In this document: positions 10,137-20,250 of the stretch, piece by piece
Layout: the number at the start of each line of letters is the position of its first letter
Numbering within the stretch: the first letter of the stretch is position 1
NCBI GenBank assembly: GCA_965233865.1
Contig: OZ247587.1
Location: forward strand, 1,376,001 to 1,440,000
Source: Candidatus Neptunichlamydia sp.
GTDB taxonomy: Bacteria; Chlamydiota; Chlamydiia; Chlamydiales; Simkaniaceae
DNA: 64,000 nucleotides
Direction: 5' to 3'
Translations under genes and position numbers: made by a program
The notes under the pieces: generated by a model
Seen by the model: only the letters and a program-made list of their open reading frames with translations
What the model was told of the DNA's origin: nothing
Databases searched by the model: none

Positions 10137-11528
10137 TGGTAAAATAAGTTCAAGTCAATCATTGACTGTTGAGGATAAAGAAGGGATAGAAGAAGTCTCT
10201 CAAATAGTTCAAGAATTGCAGGACATGTGTCTTCAAGCTCTAAATCAAGTAATTAATATTAAATCGTTTATAGAATCTTAAAAGCTAGATGTTATAGATC
10301 GAAATTTGGCATTAATAGCTTCAATTAGGCTGGAGCAAGTAAGGGATGTAAAAGAAAAAATAGGTGTTTTACAAAAGCAATATACTAGCGAAATTAATTT
10401 GAGCCTTCAATTTCAAAAACAAGCTATGCAAAAAGATGCTGCGCAAATAGAAAGCATCATGAAGATGGATGACCTAGAAACGGCTAAGAGAGATCAGGAT
10501 CTTCATCATCAAGTTATAAAAATTGCACAAGAGATTCAGCAGAAAAATGTGCTTAGAAGGTTAAACGAAGAGAGGGAAACAAGACAGTGAGAGTTTCAAG
10601 CAGAGAAACATAGCCTTCTAGAGGAAATTGATTGAAGCCATAGGTTGTGTTGAGAAATTTACTTTAACCATTGGAGAGCCGCGATAAAATGAAGGAATGC
10701 CTTGAACCTTGATGCTAACTTCTCGAACCGAGAAAACAATCGTCTATAATGTTTGAGGAAGCCAAATAAACATTCGATTTTGTGTCGTTCTTTATATATG
10801 TCTTTATCATGCTCTCGATGATCAATGCGATTTTTCTTTGAGGGAATGATGGCAACAGCTCCGATGCTCTTTACATGATCAATGATTGCATTGCTGTCGT
10901 AGCCTTTGTCAGCCAATAACCCTTTGTAATCCCTACCCTTGAGCAAAGGAATAGCTTGATGACAATCAGCTGCTTGACCACCTGTTAAAATAAAATCAAG
11001 TGGATTACCTAATGCATCACAGATACTATGAATTTTAGTCGTAAAACCTCCACAAGATCGACCTAAGGCCTGCTCGTTTTGACCTCCGGTTTTTTTTTAT
11101 TGGCTCCTGCGGCACAGGCATGAGCGCGGAGGACTGTACTGTCGATCATAATATATTCCATGTCTGGATCATTTGAAAAATAGTAGAGCATCTTGTACCA
11201 CACACCATGTTCAGCCCAGTCTGCAAAACGATGATAGACGGCATTCCAGTCTCCATATTCCTTTGGTAGCAAACGCCATTGTGCTCCGCTCTTGGCAATC
11301 CAAAATACAGCCTCTACAAAGCAACGAGTTTTCTCTTTGTTATTTGTGTGTATTTTGGGGTAATTACTCAGATATTCGTAAAGTTTCGACCAGGCGTGGT
11401 CATTTATTTTATGCGGGTATAGCATATAGACCTCCTTCTTCAGGAAGTCAGCTTGCACCACTCATGGAAATTTCTCAACACAACCTATGCCTATGGCCTC
11501 TCAAAAGGGGTTTAGTAAAAAGGAGTAA
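10033..11528 (+). pseudogene. Coiled-coil hypothetical pseudogene with three in-frame stops, interrupted by IS5
   Basis: ORFs 10033-10281 and 10306-10590 share a frame; frame continues *EFQAEKHSLLEEID*SH and, with the IS removed, MPMASQKGFSKKE*, ending at the RBS of the next gene. Confidence 0.6.
10643..11485 (-). mobile_element. IS5-family (IS427-like) element, 843 bp, two ORFs joined by a -1 frameshift
   Basis: Perfect inverted repeats incl. TA: taggttgtgttgagaaattt (10641-10660) and aaatttctcaacacaaccta (11468-11487); orfA WRLLP..YG.W, IDST; A9 at 11090-11098; orfB LGRSCGGFTTKIH, ADKGYDS, RHKIECLFG. Confidence 0.95.
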
Positions 11529-11530
11529 AA

Positions 11531-13215
11531 ATGTTGTCATGTATTGGGGCTGTAGGAGGTTTGCTTACAGTCAAAAAATATCAAAATCTATGTGAAAAAG
11601 TAGGGGAAGAAGCAAGTGCAACTGTTCGAGTCGCAGGAAGAGAAGTCCGCTCTACGATGGAGAAAGGAGAGAAAATTGCTAATCGTCTTTTAAATGTTTG
11701 TGAACGCAACGTAGATACGTGCTTAGAAAAAATGAGAAAAAATGCTTCTGAAGTCATAGAATTAGGTGGTATTGAAGCAAGGTACACACTTGAGAATTCT
11801 CTTTTAGATGCAAGGCTGAAAACAGGGCAAGTTATAACCCAAACGGGAACAGAGGTTTGCAAAGCATCTTTTTTATTAAACCAGGATATTCAACAGACTG
11901 TAGATTCTACCGCGGACCAAATAAACCTTTTGATGCAAAACGGAGAGGCAAGAATAAAAAATATCTTGCAAGAAGGAGATCAACACGGAGAATCTTTAAT
12001 TAAGAGCATTGATCAGGTGATCGTCCAAAACATAGCAGAAGTAAAAAAGCATCTTCTTGATTTGGCAAATGAATGTAATCGGTTACTATGTGGAATTATT
12101 TTGAATATAGGAGCGGAAGGGCGATTACTTATTCGAGATACGGGTAAGGAAATATCTATATGTGCGGATCATGCTTTATCTAAGGCTTTTGAAGGGCAAC
12201 AAATGATTGTTGAGTGTTTTGGAGAAGAAGCTAGGTTTTCAATTGCTGCGTTTGGACAAGAGATGAGATCTACTTTGTACGAAATTCCCTACCTTGCAAA
12301 TGTAACGGCTGAACAGATAGGAAAAGGAATTATTTCTGGATTAAAAGAGGGCCTTTTAGGAGAATCTTTATTAGGTAATCTTAAGAAAGAGATGGGTAGA
12401 ATTTTCCAATCTTCAAATAAAATTTCTATTGATTTCATTCTGAAATTCCTTATTGAGCAAGATCAAAAAGAATTGACTCCTGTGAGCAAAGTTCAACTTT
12501 ATATAAACCTAATTCATACTTGCAATAGTCTTAATCGCTTTCCTAATGAGGAAATGAAAAAACATGCTTTTATATTGATTGTTCAAACAGCATTAAAAGA
12601 CCCTATTCTCAGCAGAAGCGCTCGTAGTTGGATTGGGTGGATGCAGCCTACAAACTATCCGCAGCAAGTTATTGATGCCATTCCTGGTGAAAATCTTCGA
12701 AAATCCCTAAAATCTAAAGACATATATATATATTATTTGAACGCCAAGTAAAAGTTGTAGAAGGAACAGAAAAAGATGATTTGATACAAGAAAATAAGGA
12801 TCTTAAAAGGGCTTTAAAAGATAAAGATTTGCAGCTTGCCCTTTCTGTTAACAAGTTTATGCAGGAAAGAGCCCGCTTGGAAAAGGTAGAAAAAGATTAT
12901 GATGAATTACAGCAATTGATGCAGAAACAAAGAATGAGAGAAGCTCAGCTAGCACAATCCCAGAGACAATTAAACATACCACAACCTATTAAAACTCGTA
13001 GAGAACTTTATAAATCTGTATATACTTAAATCTTTTGTAAACAAGGAGAAAATTACGTCTCTTTTATTTTAGAACAAGCCATCCATCCCAAATACAGTTC
13101 TACAGTGAAAAGCAATTCTAAGAAGCAAGATGAGCAAATAGCTGCAAAGGAAGGCTACGAAAACTTGCCCCTACTTTCACTCAGGTCTCTAAGGGCTTCT
13201 GAAAATGCAGCATAA
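11531..13215 (+). pseudogene. Helical 11-mer-repeat/coiled-coil protein, frameshifted at (AT)6, plus one in-frame stop
   Basis: RBS AAGGAG; ORF 11531-12751 joins ORF 12781-13029 if one AT of 12722-12733 is removed; frame stays open 61 more codons after TAA 13027-13029. Confidence 0.6.
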
Positions 13216-13270
13216 GTTGCTCGTAACAAAGAGAGACAAGTGACTTCAACGGTACTGGGCTTACGTACAC

Positions 13271-13759
13271 CTAGTTTGAATAGGGGCTCTTAGAGGAGGA
13301 CGAATTGCCAGGGTAACTATAACTTTCACCATAAGGACTTTGTTGCTGTCCTTGCTGCGAGCTGTTTGATTGGTTTTGACGCGCATTCTTCATGATGACT
13401 TCCACTGCTGCATCAGGAGTAATCTGAGGTTGGCCACGCGTAGCTCCTTGGGCTCCAGAATTCACCAGAGTCATCGCTTCAATCCTTTGAGAGACGGAAA
13501 AGTGACGGCAAAACATGGTGCGATGCATATCGCTGAGCTGCATTGCAAATTGCTGTTCTTGTTGGGAAAGGTGAGAGCAGTCCGATGGAATAGCATTTTG
13601 CTGCTGAGGTATTTGCTGATTCTGCTGCCCTTGCTGCCCATATTGACTGTAGGAATCGTAAGAATTATTCGATGACCCGGGTGATGAATATGAGCCATAC
13701 TGAGCATAGGCTGTAGATATTCCTAATACAAGCAATAGGGATCCTAAAACTTTTTTCAT
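13271..13759 (-). CDS. Secreted Gln/Ser/Tyr-rich hypothetical protein
   Basis: RBS AGGAGG, signal peptide MKKVLGSLLLVLGISTAYA, low-complexity termini. Confidence 0.8.
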   Translation of the reverse strand: MKKVLGSLLLVLGISTAYAQYGSYSSPGSSNNSYDSYSQYGQQGQQNQQIPQQQNAIPSDCSHLSQQEQQFAMQLSDMHRTMFCRHFSVSQRIEAMTLVNSGAQGATRGQPQITPDAAVEVIMKNARQNQSNSSQQGQQQSPYGESYSYPGNSSSSKSPYSN

Positions 13760-13839
13760 TGAGGTAACCTCCTAGTTATATTTTTGGAATAGCACAAGTA
13801 TATGGATTATAAAAGCAATTTTTTCTATATACCATTTGT

Positions 13840-14352
13840 ATGAGTGAACGACCCTTAGAATGCAGTCAGTGCAAACGGAACGCTGATGTCATTTATAGCG
13901 AGATGGTAGAAGATATTGTCACAACTACGGAAATGTGTCGTGATTGCCCCGTATTAAAGCTAAAACTCCAGGGGAAAATCCCTAATGAGGCAACTCCCAA
14001 AAAAGAGGAAGGATTTTGTTGTAGCAATTGCCATACTTTGCTTGAATCTGTTCTCATGGGAGAGCCTCTGGGATGCAAAGAATGTTACGCCATTTTTCAA
14101 GATGTGCTAGTTGATCAACTCCTTGAGACACAACTGATTTCTCCTCGATTAAAACCGAACCTTGCCAGCCCTGTTCCAACATTGCACATTGGCAGGACCC
14201 CTCATTTCGATGAAAAAACTCAAAATATAAGCCGCATTCGGGGCTTGAATGAATCACTCAGTGAAGCCCTAAGTGGAGAAAATTATGAAGAAGCAGCATG
14301 GCTTCGAGATCAAATCAATGCCCTCACGGAAATAAAAGATGACAGAGTCTAG
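13840..14352 (+). CDS. mcsA: McsA, arginine kinase activator (CxxC x4 plus UVR domain)
   Basis: CSQC, CRDC, CSNC, CKEC; C-terminal ENYEEAAWLRDQI; upstream of mcsB. Confidence 0.9.
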   Translation: MSERPLECSQCKRNADVIYSEMVEDIVTTTEMCRDCPVLKLKLQGKIPNEATPKKEEGFCCSNCHTLLESVLMGEPLGCKECYAIFQDVLVDQLLETQLISPRLKPNLASPVPTLHIGRTPHFDEKTQNISRIRGLNESLSEALSGENYEEAAWLRDQINALTEIKDDRV

Positions 14353-15400
14353 TCCTTTTCAAACATTAAAAGAGCATAGCATTTGGGAGAAAAGTGATAC
14401 TCCCATCTGGATGGCTTCTAGCTTTTTCTTGCAGCGGAACCTTTCGTCTGCGCTGTTCCCTCAAAAAATGAAAGTGGCTGACTCCCTTCAGATCTTGACG
14501 ACTCTAAAGCAAGCTTTGCTCAGATCTCCTTCTTTAAGTGCTCCCTCATTTTTTCAAATGGAAGAGTTAAAGACTGCAGAACGAGAATTCATTCTAGAGC
14601 ATTTTCTTGCAACAAACGAGTTTCAAAATCCTGAATGCAAATCAGGTGTTGTTATTGACACTACGGGAACCTTTCTGGCAATGATCAATGGCGAAGATCA
14701 CCTCACTCTCCACTCTATTGAATTCCATTCAGCATGGAAAGAAGCATGGAAAAAACTCGCTGAAGTCGAAGCAGAACTTGCTGAAAACCATTCCTTTGCT
14801 TATTCACATAAATTTGGATATCTTACATCACACATTTCTAATTCAGGAACTGCCTTGACTGTTCAAGCCTTCCTCCATCTTCCCTGCCTGATAGGGCTTG
14901 ATCAAATCGACGACGTCCTAGTAGGCGAGCTTGATGAAGAGGTTCAAGCAAGTGGTCTAACAGGAACCGATGAATTTGTTGGTGATATCGTCATCATTCA
15001 AAACTGCTTTACATTAGGACTGACTGAAGACCACATCTTAGAAGGAATCCATAAGACCGCAACAAAGCTTGTGAGTCATGAGAAAGTCCTCCGTACTCAA
15101 CTTCTTGACACTCCTGATACCCTCATCGTTGATAAAATCAGTCGCGCCATTGGACTTCTCAAGCATTCCTTTCAAATAGAAACCAAAGAAGCCTTGAATG
15201 CTCTCAGCTTTATCAAGCTCGGGATTGATCTCAAATGGATTGATGGCCTCACTGATCAAGATCTCAATGGAATTTTCTTTGAAGTCCGGCGTGGTCATCT
15301 CTCCCTTTCCTTAAATGAGAAAATTTCTAAAGAAAAGCTCGCTCAAAAACGGGCAGAGTTTTTACAATCGGTTCTAAAACCCATATCGATTAAATTATGA
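14339..15400 (+). CDS. mcsB: McsB protein arginine kinase
   Basis: MINGEDHL, FAYSHKFGYLTS, GTAL...FLHLP, RAIGLLK, RAEFL guanido-phosphotransferase motifs. Confidence 0.9.
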   Translation: MTESSPFQTLKEHSIWEKSDTPIWMASSFFLQRNLSSALFPQKMKVADSLQILTTLKQALLRSPSLSAPSFFQMEELKTAEREFILEHFLATNEFQNPECKSGVVIDTTGTFLAMINGEDHLTLHSIEFHSAWKEAWKKLAEVEAELAENHSFAYSHKFGYLTSHISNSGTALTVQAFLHLPCLIGLDQIDDVLVGELDEEVQASGLTGTDEFVGDIVIIQNCFTLGLTEDHILEGIHKTATKLVSHEKVLRTQLLDTPDTLIVDKISRAIGLLKHSFQIETKEALNALSFIKLGIDLKWIDGLTDQDLNGIFFEVRRGHLSLSLNEKISKEKLAQKRAEFLQSVLKPISIKL

Positions 15401-16701
15401 TCACTGCAATTCTTTTAATGGGAGGGACAGGAGAGCGTTTTGGAAGCGAGACTCCGAAGCAATTCCTCAACCTTTCAGGCAAAAAAATTTATCTCCATAC
15501 GCTTGATGCTTTTATTGCTTTTTCAGAATTTCAGGCAATTCTACTCGTCTGCCACCCTGACCATATTGAAGCCGTGCAAGCCGAAGCCACAAACTCTCGG
15601 GTCCGCGTCATACCAGGGGGGTATTCTCGGCAAGATTCCACCTATCAAGGACTCCTAGCGTGCCCTATTGAAACAACCCATGTTGTGATCCATGATGCTA
15701 TCCGCCCCTTTATCTCCTCTGAAATCATCCAAGATAACCTGAATGCCCTCAAAAAACACGACGCTGTTGACACCTGCATTCCTTCTGCTGACACCATTGT
15801 TTATGCAGAAAATATTGAGACCATTACCTCTATTCCCAATCGCAATCACTATCTACGCGGCCAAACTCCTCAAAGCTTTGCCTACCCTCTCCTCCTTGAG
15901 GCTCACGAAAAGCATACCCACCATGAAGCCTCTGATGATTGCCGCCTCGTGCTTGACTTAGGAATCCCCGTACATATCGTCTCGGGTTCCGAAGATAATA
16001 TAAAAATTACCAACGAGATCGATCTCTTTCTAGCAGAACAACTCATGCAACGCAAAAAACGCTCCCTTCCGCAAACGCTCACCTCTTTAAAAGGTAAAAC
16101 GTTTGCTGTTGCTGGGGGGACAGGAGGTATTGGTTCAGCCCTTGTAACCCTTCTCAAAAAAGAGGGCGCTACCCCACTCATTCTATCTAAATCTTCCAAG
16201 TCGAACCCTATTGACCTCACGAACTTTGCTGCTACTGAGGTGCTCTTTAAATCCCTTGGCCCGATTGATGGTCTCATCAATTGTGTAGGCTATCTATCCA
16301 TCAAACCCTTCCACTCCCTTTCTTCAGAAGAAATCGATCATCTCATCTCCACCAACCTCCACTCCCTGCTTTACAGCTGCCGCTGCGCGCAGGTCAAACC
16401 AGGTGGCCATATTATCAATCTCTCCTCTTCCTCCTTCTCTCGCGGAAGAAAATCCTACACCCTTTATTCTTCAGCGAAAGCAGCTATTGTTAACTTTACT
16501 CAAGGACTGGCCGACGAGTGCCCTGATCTCCATATCAACGCGATCGTCCCACAACGAACTGCCACCCCCATGCGTTCCAAAAACTTCCCTAATGAAGACA
16601 ATGCGTCCCTTCTCTCTCCCTTAGAGGTTTCCCAAGAGATTCTCAACCTTCTCAAACATACCGGTACAACAGCAGCCCTTTTCGAAGTACGCAAAAACTA
16701 A
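15397..16701 (+). CDS. IspD/TarI-type cytidylyltransferase fused to SDR reductase (Bcs1-like CDP-ribitol synthase)
   Basis: N-term GGTGERFG..PKQF, HDAIRP, GQTPQSF, NIKIT; C-term GGTGGIG Rossmann, NLSSSS, YSSAK (YxxxK). Confidence 0.85.
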   Translation: MITAILLMGGTGERFGSETPKQFLNLSGKKIYLHTLDAFIAFSEFQAILLVCHPDHIEAVQAEATNSRVRVIPGGYSRQDSTYQGLLACPIETTHVVIHDAIRPFISSEIIQDNLNALKKHDAVDTCIPSADTIVYAENIETITSIPNRNHYLRGQTPQSFAYPLLLEAHEKHTHHEASDDCRLVLDLGIPVHIVSGSEDNIKITNEIDLFLAEQLMQRKKRSLPQTLTSLKGKTFAVAGGTGGIGSALVTLLKKEGATPLILSKSSKSNPIDLTNFAATEVLFKSLGPIDGLINCVGYLSIKPFHSLSSEEIDHLISTNLHSLLYSCRCAQVKPGGHIINLSSSSFSRGRKSYTLYSSAKAAIVNFTQGLADECPDLHINAIVPQRTATPMRSKNFPNEDNASLLSPLEVSQEILNLLKHTGTTAALFEVRKN

Positions 16702-16857
16702 ACAACGCCTTGCCTACAAATCGAGGGGTCGATTTGAAATCGATGGAAGTGTAATAATGATCGGAGAAGGCAAGATTTGCTCTCAGGAGAAGATAGAGAT
16801 TAAGCCTGAGGAAACAATGGCTACAAAAGTGACAATTTTTGAATTTGAAGGTGTCAG

Positions 16858-17109
16858 ATGAAAAGCGCCTATCAGAGTAAATCTTGTCTATTACAAATTA
16901 TCGGACTGCTCTACATAGGGGTTACGCCACTATCTGCAAATGAGGCATTTTCCAAGATTCGTTTGACAGGTTTATATGATGAGTTCAATGGATCTGAACC
17001 ATTTGCTCCTCATAGGTATTGCGTAACTGCCAGACCAGACCGGTATGGAGCCAATACAATCACATGGGTTTCTGCTATGTTGATTGCAGAATACACAAAT
17101 ACACCCCTA
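16858..17109 (+). pseudogene. 5' fragment of an exported, possibly GT11-like glycosyltransferase, cut by IS630
   Basis: Signal-like N-terminus; ARPDRYGANTITWVSAMLIA resembles the GRLGNQ start motif; ORF runs into the IS end. Confidence 0.45.
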
Positions 17110-17111
17110 TA

Positions 17112-17995
17112 TAGCTAAGTTGATATAATTTAGTTATAGGCAATATTCTTTAAAAAGTTCATCTATTCCACATTGATATTTTCTTCGTTTAGATTTTTCT
17201 TGTGCCCATTTACGCTCAATAGGATTTAAATCTGGGGAATATGGGGGAAGATATTCCAAGATGTGGCCTGCAGCTTCGATCTTTTCTTGCATAGATTTGC
17301 TTTTATGAAACGATGAATTATCCATAACCAAAACGCTTTCAGAAGGAAGTTTCGGCATCAAGTTTTACTCTGCCCAACTGCTAAAGGCATCTGTATTAAT
17401 ATTACAATCAAACAGTGCAAGAGTAAGAAGGTTTGTTCCAAGTAACGCCCCTATTGCATTTGTCCTCCCTTTTGCTACCCAGTCATGGGTGCTGAAGCAC
17501 CTCTCTCCTATTTTTGAGTAACCATGTGTTCGGGGCATATCATGGGCAAACCCACTTTCATCGATGTATACAATCGGTTTTCCCAAGCATTCATACCTTG
17601 CAATCTTTTCTCTGAAGAGAGATCTCTTCTTTTTACAAGCCTTGGGATGGTTAAGTGTGTTTTTTATAGCTAATTCTTAGCCGCTTCATGGCACAACGAA
17701 CACCTGAAGGGCTTACATTGAGACGATATGCTCGTTCATAGTTGAAGGCATCAGGGTATTTTTTGATATCCTCCATCAAGCGATCTCTTTCAATCTTTAT
17801 TGCAGGTCTATTTTTAGTGCGCTTTGCCTCTAGCCTCTTAGACCAAAGAAATATGCTATTTACACTTACACCAAAACGTTTTGCTGTCTTGGCAAAACTT
17901 AAATTTTCTGTGCTTCGGATCAACAGTACTTTTTTTCTAAAATCTAATGAATACGTCATTCAAAAGAGTATAACTAAAACGAAATATTTTAGCTA
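17112..17995 (-). mobile_element. IS630-family element copy 1 (884 bp), transposase with nonsense codon
   Basis: TA-flanked ends tagctaa...ttagcta; MTYSLDFRKKV HTH, YIDESG, VMDN, LPPYSPDLNPIE; TAA at 17365-17367 where copy 3 has CAA. Confidence 0.95.
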
Positions 17996-18080
17996 TATAT
18001 GAGTCTTATGAAGTCAAAGGCTACAGGCAGTAAAATTTCATTAATTATTTTAAAACTCTTCAGAGGCATCTAGGAGATGG

Positions 18081-18306
18081 TTTAAAATAAAAAATTGCAT
18101 ATTTTACGCCGATAGCTGGAAGGATTTTGCCAAAGTGCTCCCGAAAAATCGTCATATTATTGGGAAGGAGGGAACAGTTACTACCGAGAAGGATAATAGC
18201 GATACACGTCACCATTTAGGTCGAATGACAAGACGGACTAAATTGGTTTCTAGAAGTGAGAAAATGATCTATGGCGCATTCAGAATATGGTGTGTGTTAA
18301 CAACCC
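18081..18306 (+). mobile_element. IS1-family transposase (InsB-like) remnant
   Basis: FYADSWKDFAKVLPKNRHIIGKEGTVTTEKDNSDTRHHLGRMTRRTKLVSRS. Confidence 0.75.
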
Positions 18307-20250
18307 CTAAACTCTTCTAAGTTTAAGGGCTATGTCGGAGAGGGCTGCTCCTGAGAGGTCGCTGGGGCGGGTGAGGACCCCCCAAGGAGCTGAGGTTGTC
18401 CCGTCTAGGTAAGGACGCCAGGAATTCATAGGGCAAGCACGAGTCCCATCGGTACTAACTCGATAAAGGTCTAGCTCTAAGGAACTTGGGTTGACAGCGA
18501 AGGCAAAGAAATAATCAGCCCAGTTGGTATCGGCAAAAAGAAGGGGTTTGGGGGGGTGCAGCGACTGGAAAAGAAGATTATCAATGTCATCTTCTTTTTT
18601 AGGAGAGATCTCTAGTAAATAGGCTCGAAAGTCTGAAACCGATAAGGATTCCCTGTGTGGATAGAACTCACCCTGAATGACTTTGGAAGCAAGAAGTGTC
18701 TGCATTTCGCAATCAAGGCGAATAGTGTTATAATAGCTCTTTCCAGGGTCTATGACATGATCACGGATCCATGTATAAGTAAACCCTTTGTCAAGCCACC
18801 CTTCTTTGAAGGGGGATAAGCCGGGCTTGAGAAGAAATGCATGCGTTGGGGAATACATCAAGAGACTTGCTAGGGAATCAATCTCAAATGGTTTCGTTAC
18901 ATTGTAGGGGAGTGCCTTTAGAAGGTCGAGAAGGAACGTGAGAAGATCCGTCGGGTTTTCAATGGGTCGTTTTTCTTCTGAAAGAGCTCCCTCAATGCAG
19001 TAGTATCCTTTGAGGAGAGAGTGCATATTCCCTCCAGAGGTATAGCTCCAGGGCTTTTTTTCTTTAAGAGCAAAAGTAAGAAACTCTTTGGTTTGAATAA
19101 AGTGGATTATTTGAGTTGTAAGTGACTCTATCTCAGTAGCCCCATCATTCCACTCGCATGCTGAACAAACTTGAGATTCAACCGCTAGAAAAAATTGCCG
19201 CAAGGCGTCTATAAAATCGCTCTCTGTTTGAATCATTGTCCAAGCAGAAGGATCGCTCCTTCCGTGTTTGTAACAGAGGCGAAATCCTGCAGGGCTGTCT
19301 TCATAAAGCAGCTCATTGGTATGCTCGATATCTGCATCATAAATCTCAAGAAAGTAATTTTGAAATTGTTGCCCATATTGTTCGATAACAAAGGGGAAAA
19401 ACTGCGATAAGGATTGTGCTTTTTTGTGAAATTTATCGAGATCGTCTTTGCACCCCTGCGCGTGATGGGCTCGCACTTCGAGCTCTCCTTTTCGCATCCT
19501 CATACGATTGGGAGAATCGGCTTGTCGAAGAAGGGCCTGCGAAACACGCGTTTCATCAATTGAGCGCACATATTCCGAGTAGAGTTTTTCTACCTCTTCA
19601 TTTGCATTATCGAGTTTTTCTTGCAATATTGAGTAGATAAGCGCTCCGATGCCCCCCTTGTTCTTAGGGTCAAGACCAAGCGATTTATAGAGATTCCAGC
19701 TGCTAAAGGTCGTTTTGTAATCGGAAAAGGAAGCAAGTGTATATTCCCAAACACGGAGAAGGGGATGGTCACTAGACCTCTCTCCCCACTTGGGGCTGAT
19801 GGGAACAGAAAATTCTTGTCCAACAAATGTCCTTTTGAGCTGCCCAAGCATCATCAGATCATGAAGATCACGTAGAAGCCGCTCGGGTTGTTCTCTTTGA
19901 ATAAAAATTGCGGGGGCTGTCGCAAAACATGAGCCAATAACCTGTCTCAGAGGACAAAGAAGAGCGGAAACAACGCTTTCTTGAAGATGGGTGTTTTCCA
20001 ACTTTTGTTTATCAGGAAGCCCCAAACTGCGGCGAATCAATGTCTCAATATAAGGGCTCGCCACAGGGAGAGTGAACCGCTTGAGATGATTTTTTGCCTC
20101 TTTAGATTCTAGATAATGAAGGGCTCTTTCAAAATGTTTGTCCCAAAATGAATGCGAGGTAAACTCAATGTCTTCCTGATGAACAATTCTGCGAGCGAAA
20201 TCCCTTGATTGCTCGAGATTATGGTCTAGAAGAGAACTGTCAAGGGGCAT
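18307..20250 (-). CDS. Chlamydia-type conserved hypothetical protein (start reassigned to MPLDSS), possible papain-like fold
   Basis: 647-codon ORF overlapping the upstream stop; motifs CPLRQVIGSCFATAPAI, KHGRSD, WSYTSGG, PTHAF, FADTNW. Confidence 0.7.
   Translation of the reverse strand: MPLDSSLLDHNLEQSRDFARRIVHQEDIEFTSHSFWDKHFERALHYLESKEAKNHLKRFTLPVASPYIETLIRRSLGLPDKQKLENTHLQESVVSALLCPLRQVIGSCFATAPAIFIQREQPERLLRDLHDLMMLGQLKRTFVGQEFSVPISPKWGERSSDHPLLRVWEYTLASFSDYKTTFSSWNLYKSLGLDPKNKGGIGALIYSILQEKLDNANEEVEKLYSEYVRSIDETRVSQALLRQADSPNRMRMRKGELEVRAHHAQGCKDDLDKFHKKAQSLSQFFPFVIEQYGQQFQNYFLEIYDADIEHTNELLYEDSPAGFRLCYKHGRSDPSAWTMIQTESDFIDALRQFFLAVESQVCSACEWNDGATEIESLTTQIIHFIQTKEFLTFALKEKKPWSYTSGGNMHSLLKGYYCIEGALSEEKRPIENPTDLLTFLLDLLKALPYNVTKPFEIDSLASLLMYSPTHAFLLKPGLSPFKEGWLDKGFTYTWIRDHVIDPGKSYYNTIRLDCEMQTLLASKVIQGEFYPHRESLSVSDFRAYLLEISPKKEDDIDNLLFQSLHPPKPLLFADTNWADYFFAFAVNPSSLELDLYRVSTDGTRACPMNSWRPYLDGTTSAPWGVLTRPSDLSGAALSDIALKLRRV

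Noticed and set aside
11173..11595. 140-aa + strand ORF, and similar ORFs at 17742, 32327, 55731, 27449
   Set aside because: Antisense shadows of transposases
13840..15400. mcsA-mcsB without ctsR/clpC as a novelty
   Set aside because: Known arrangement in chlamydiae
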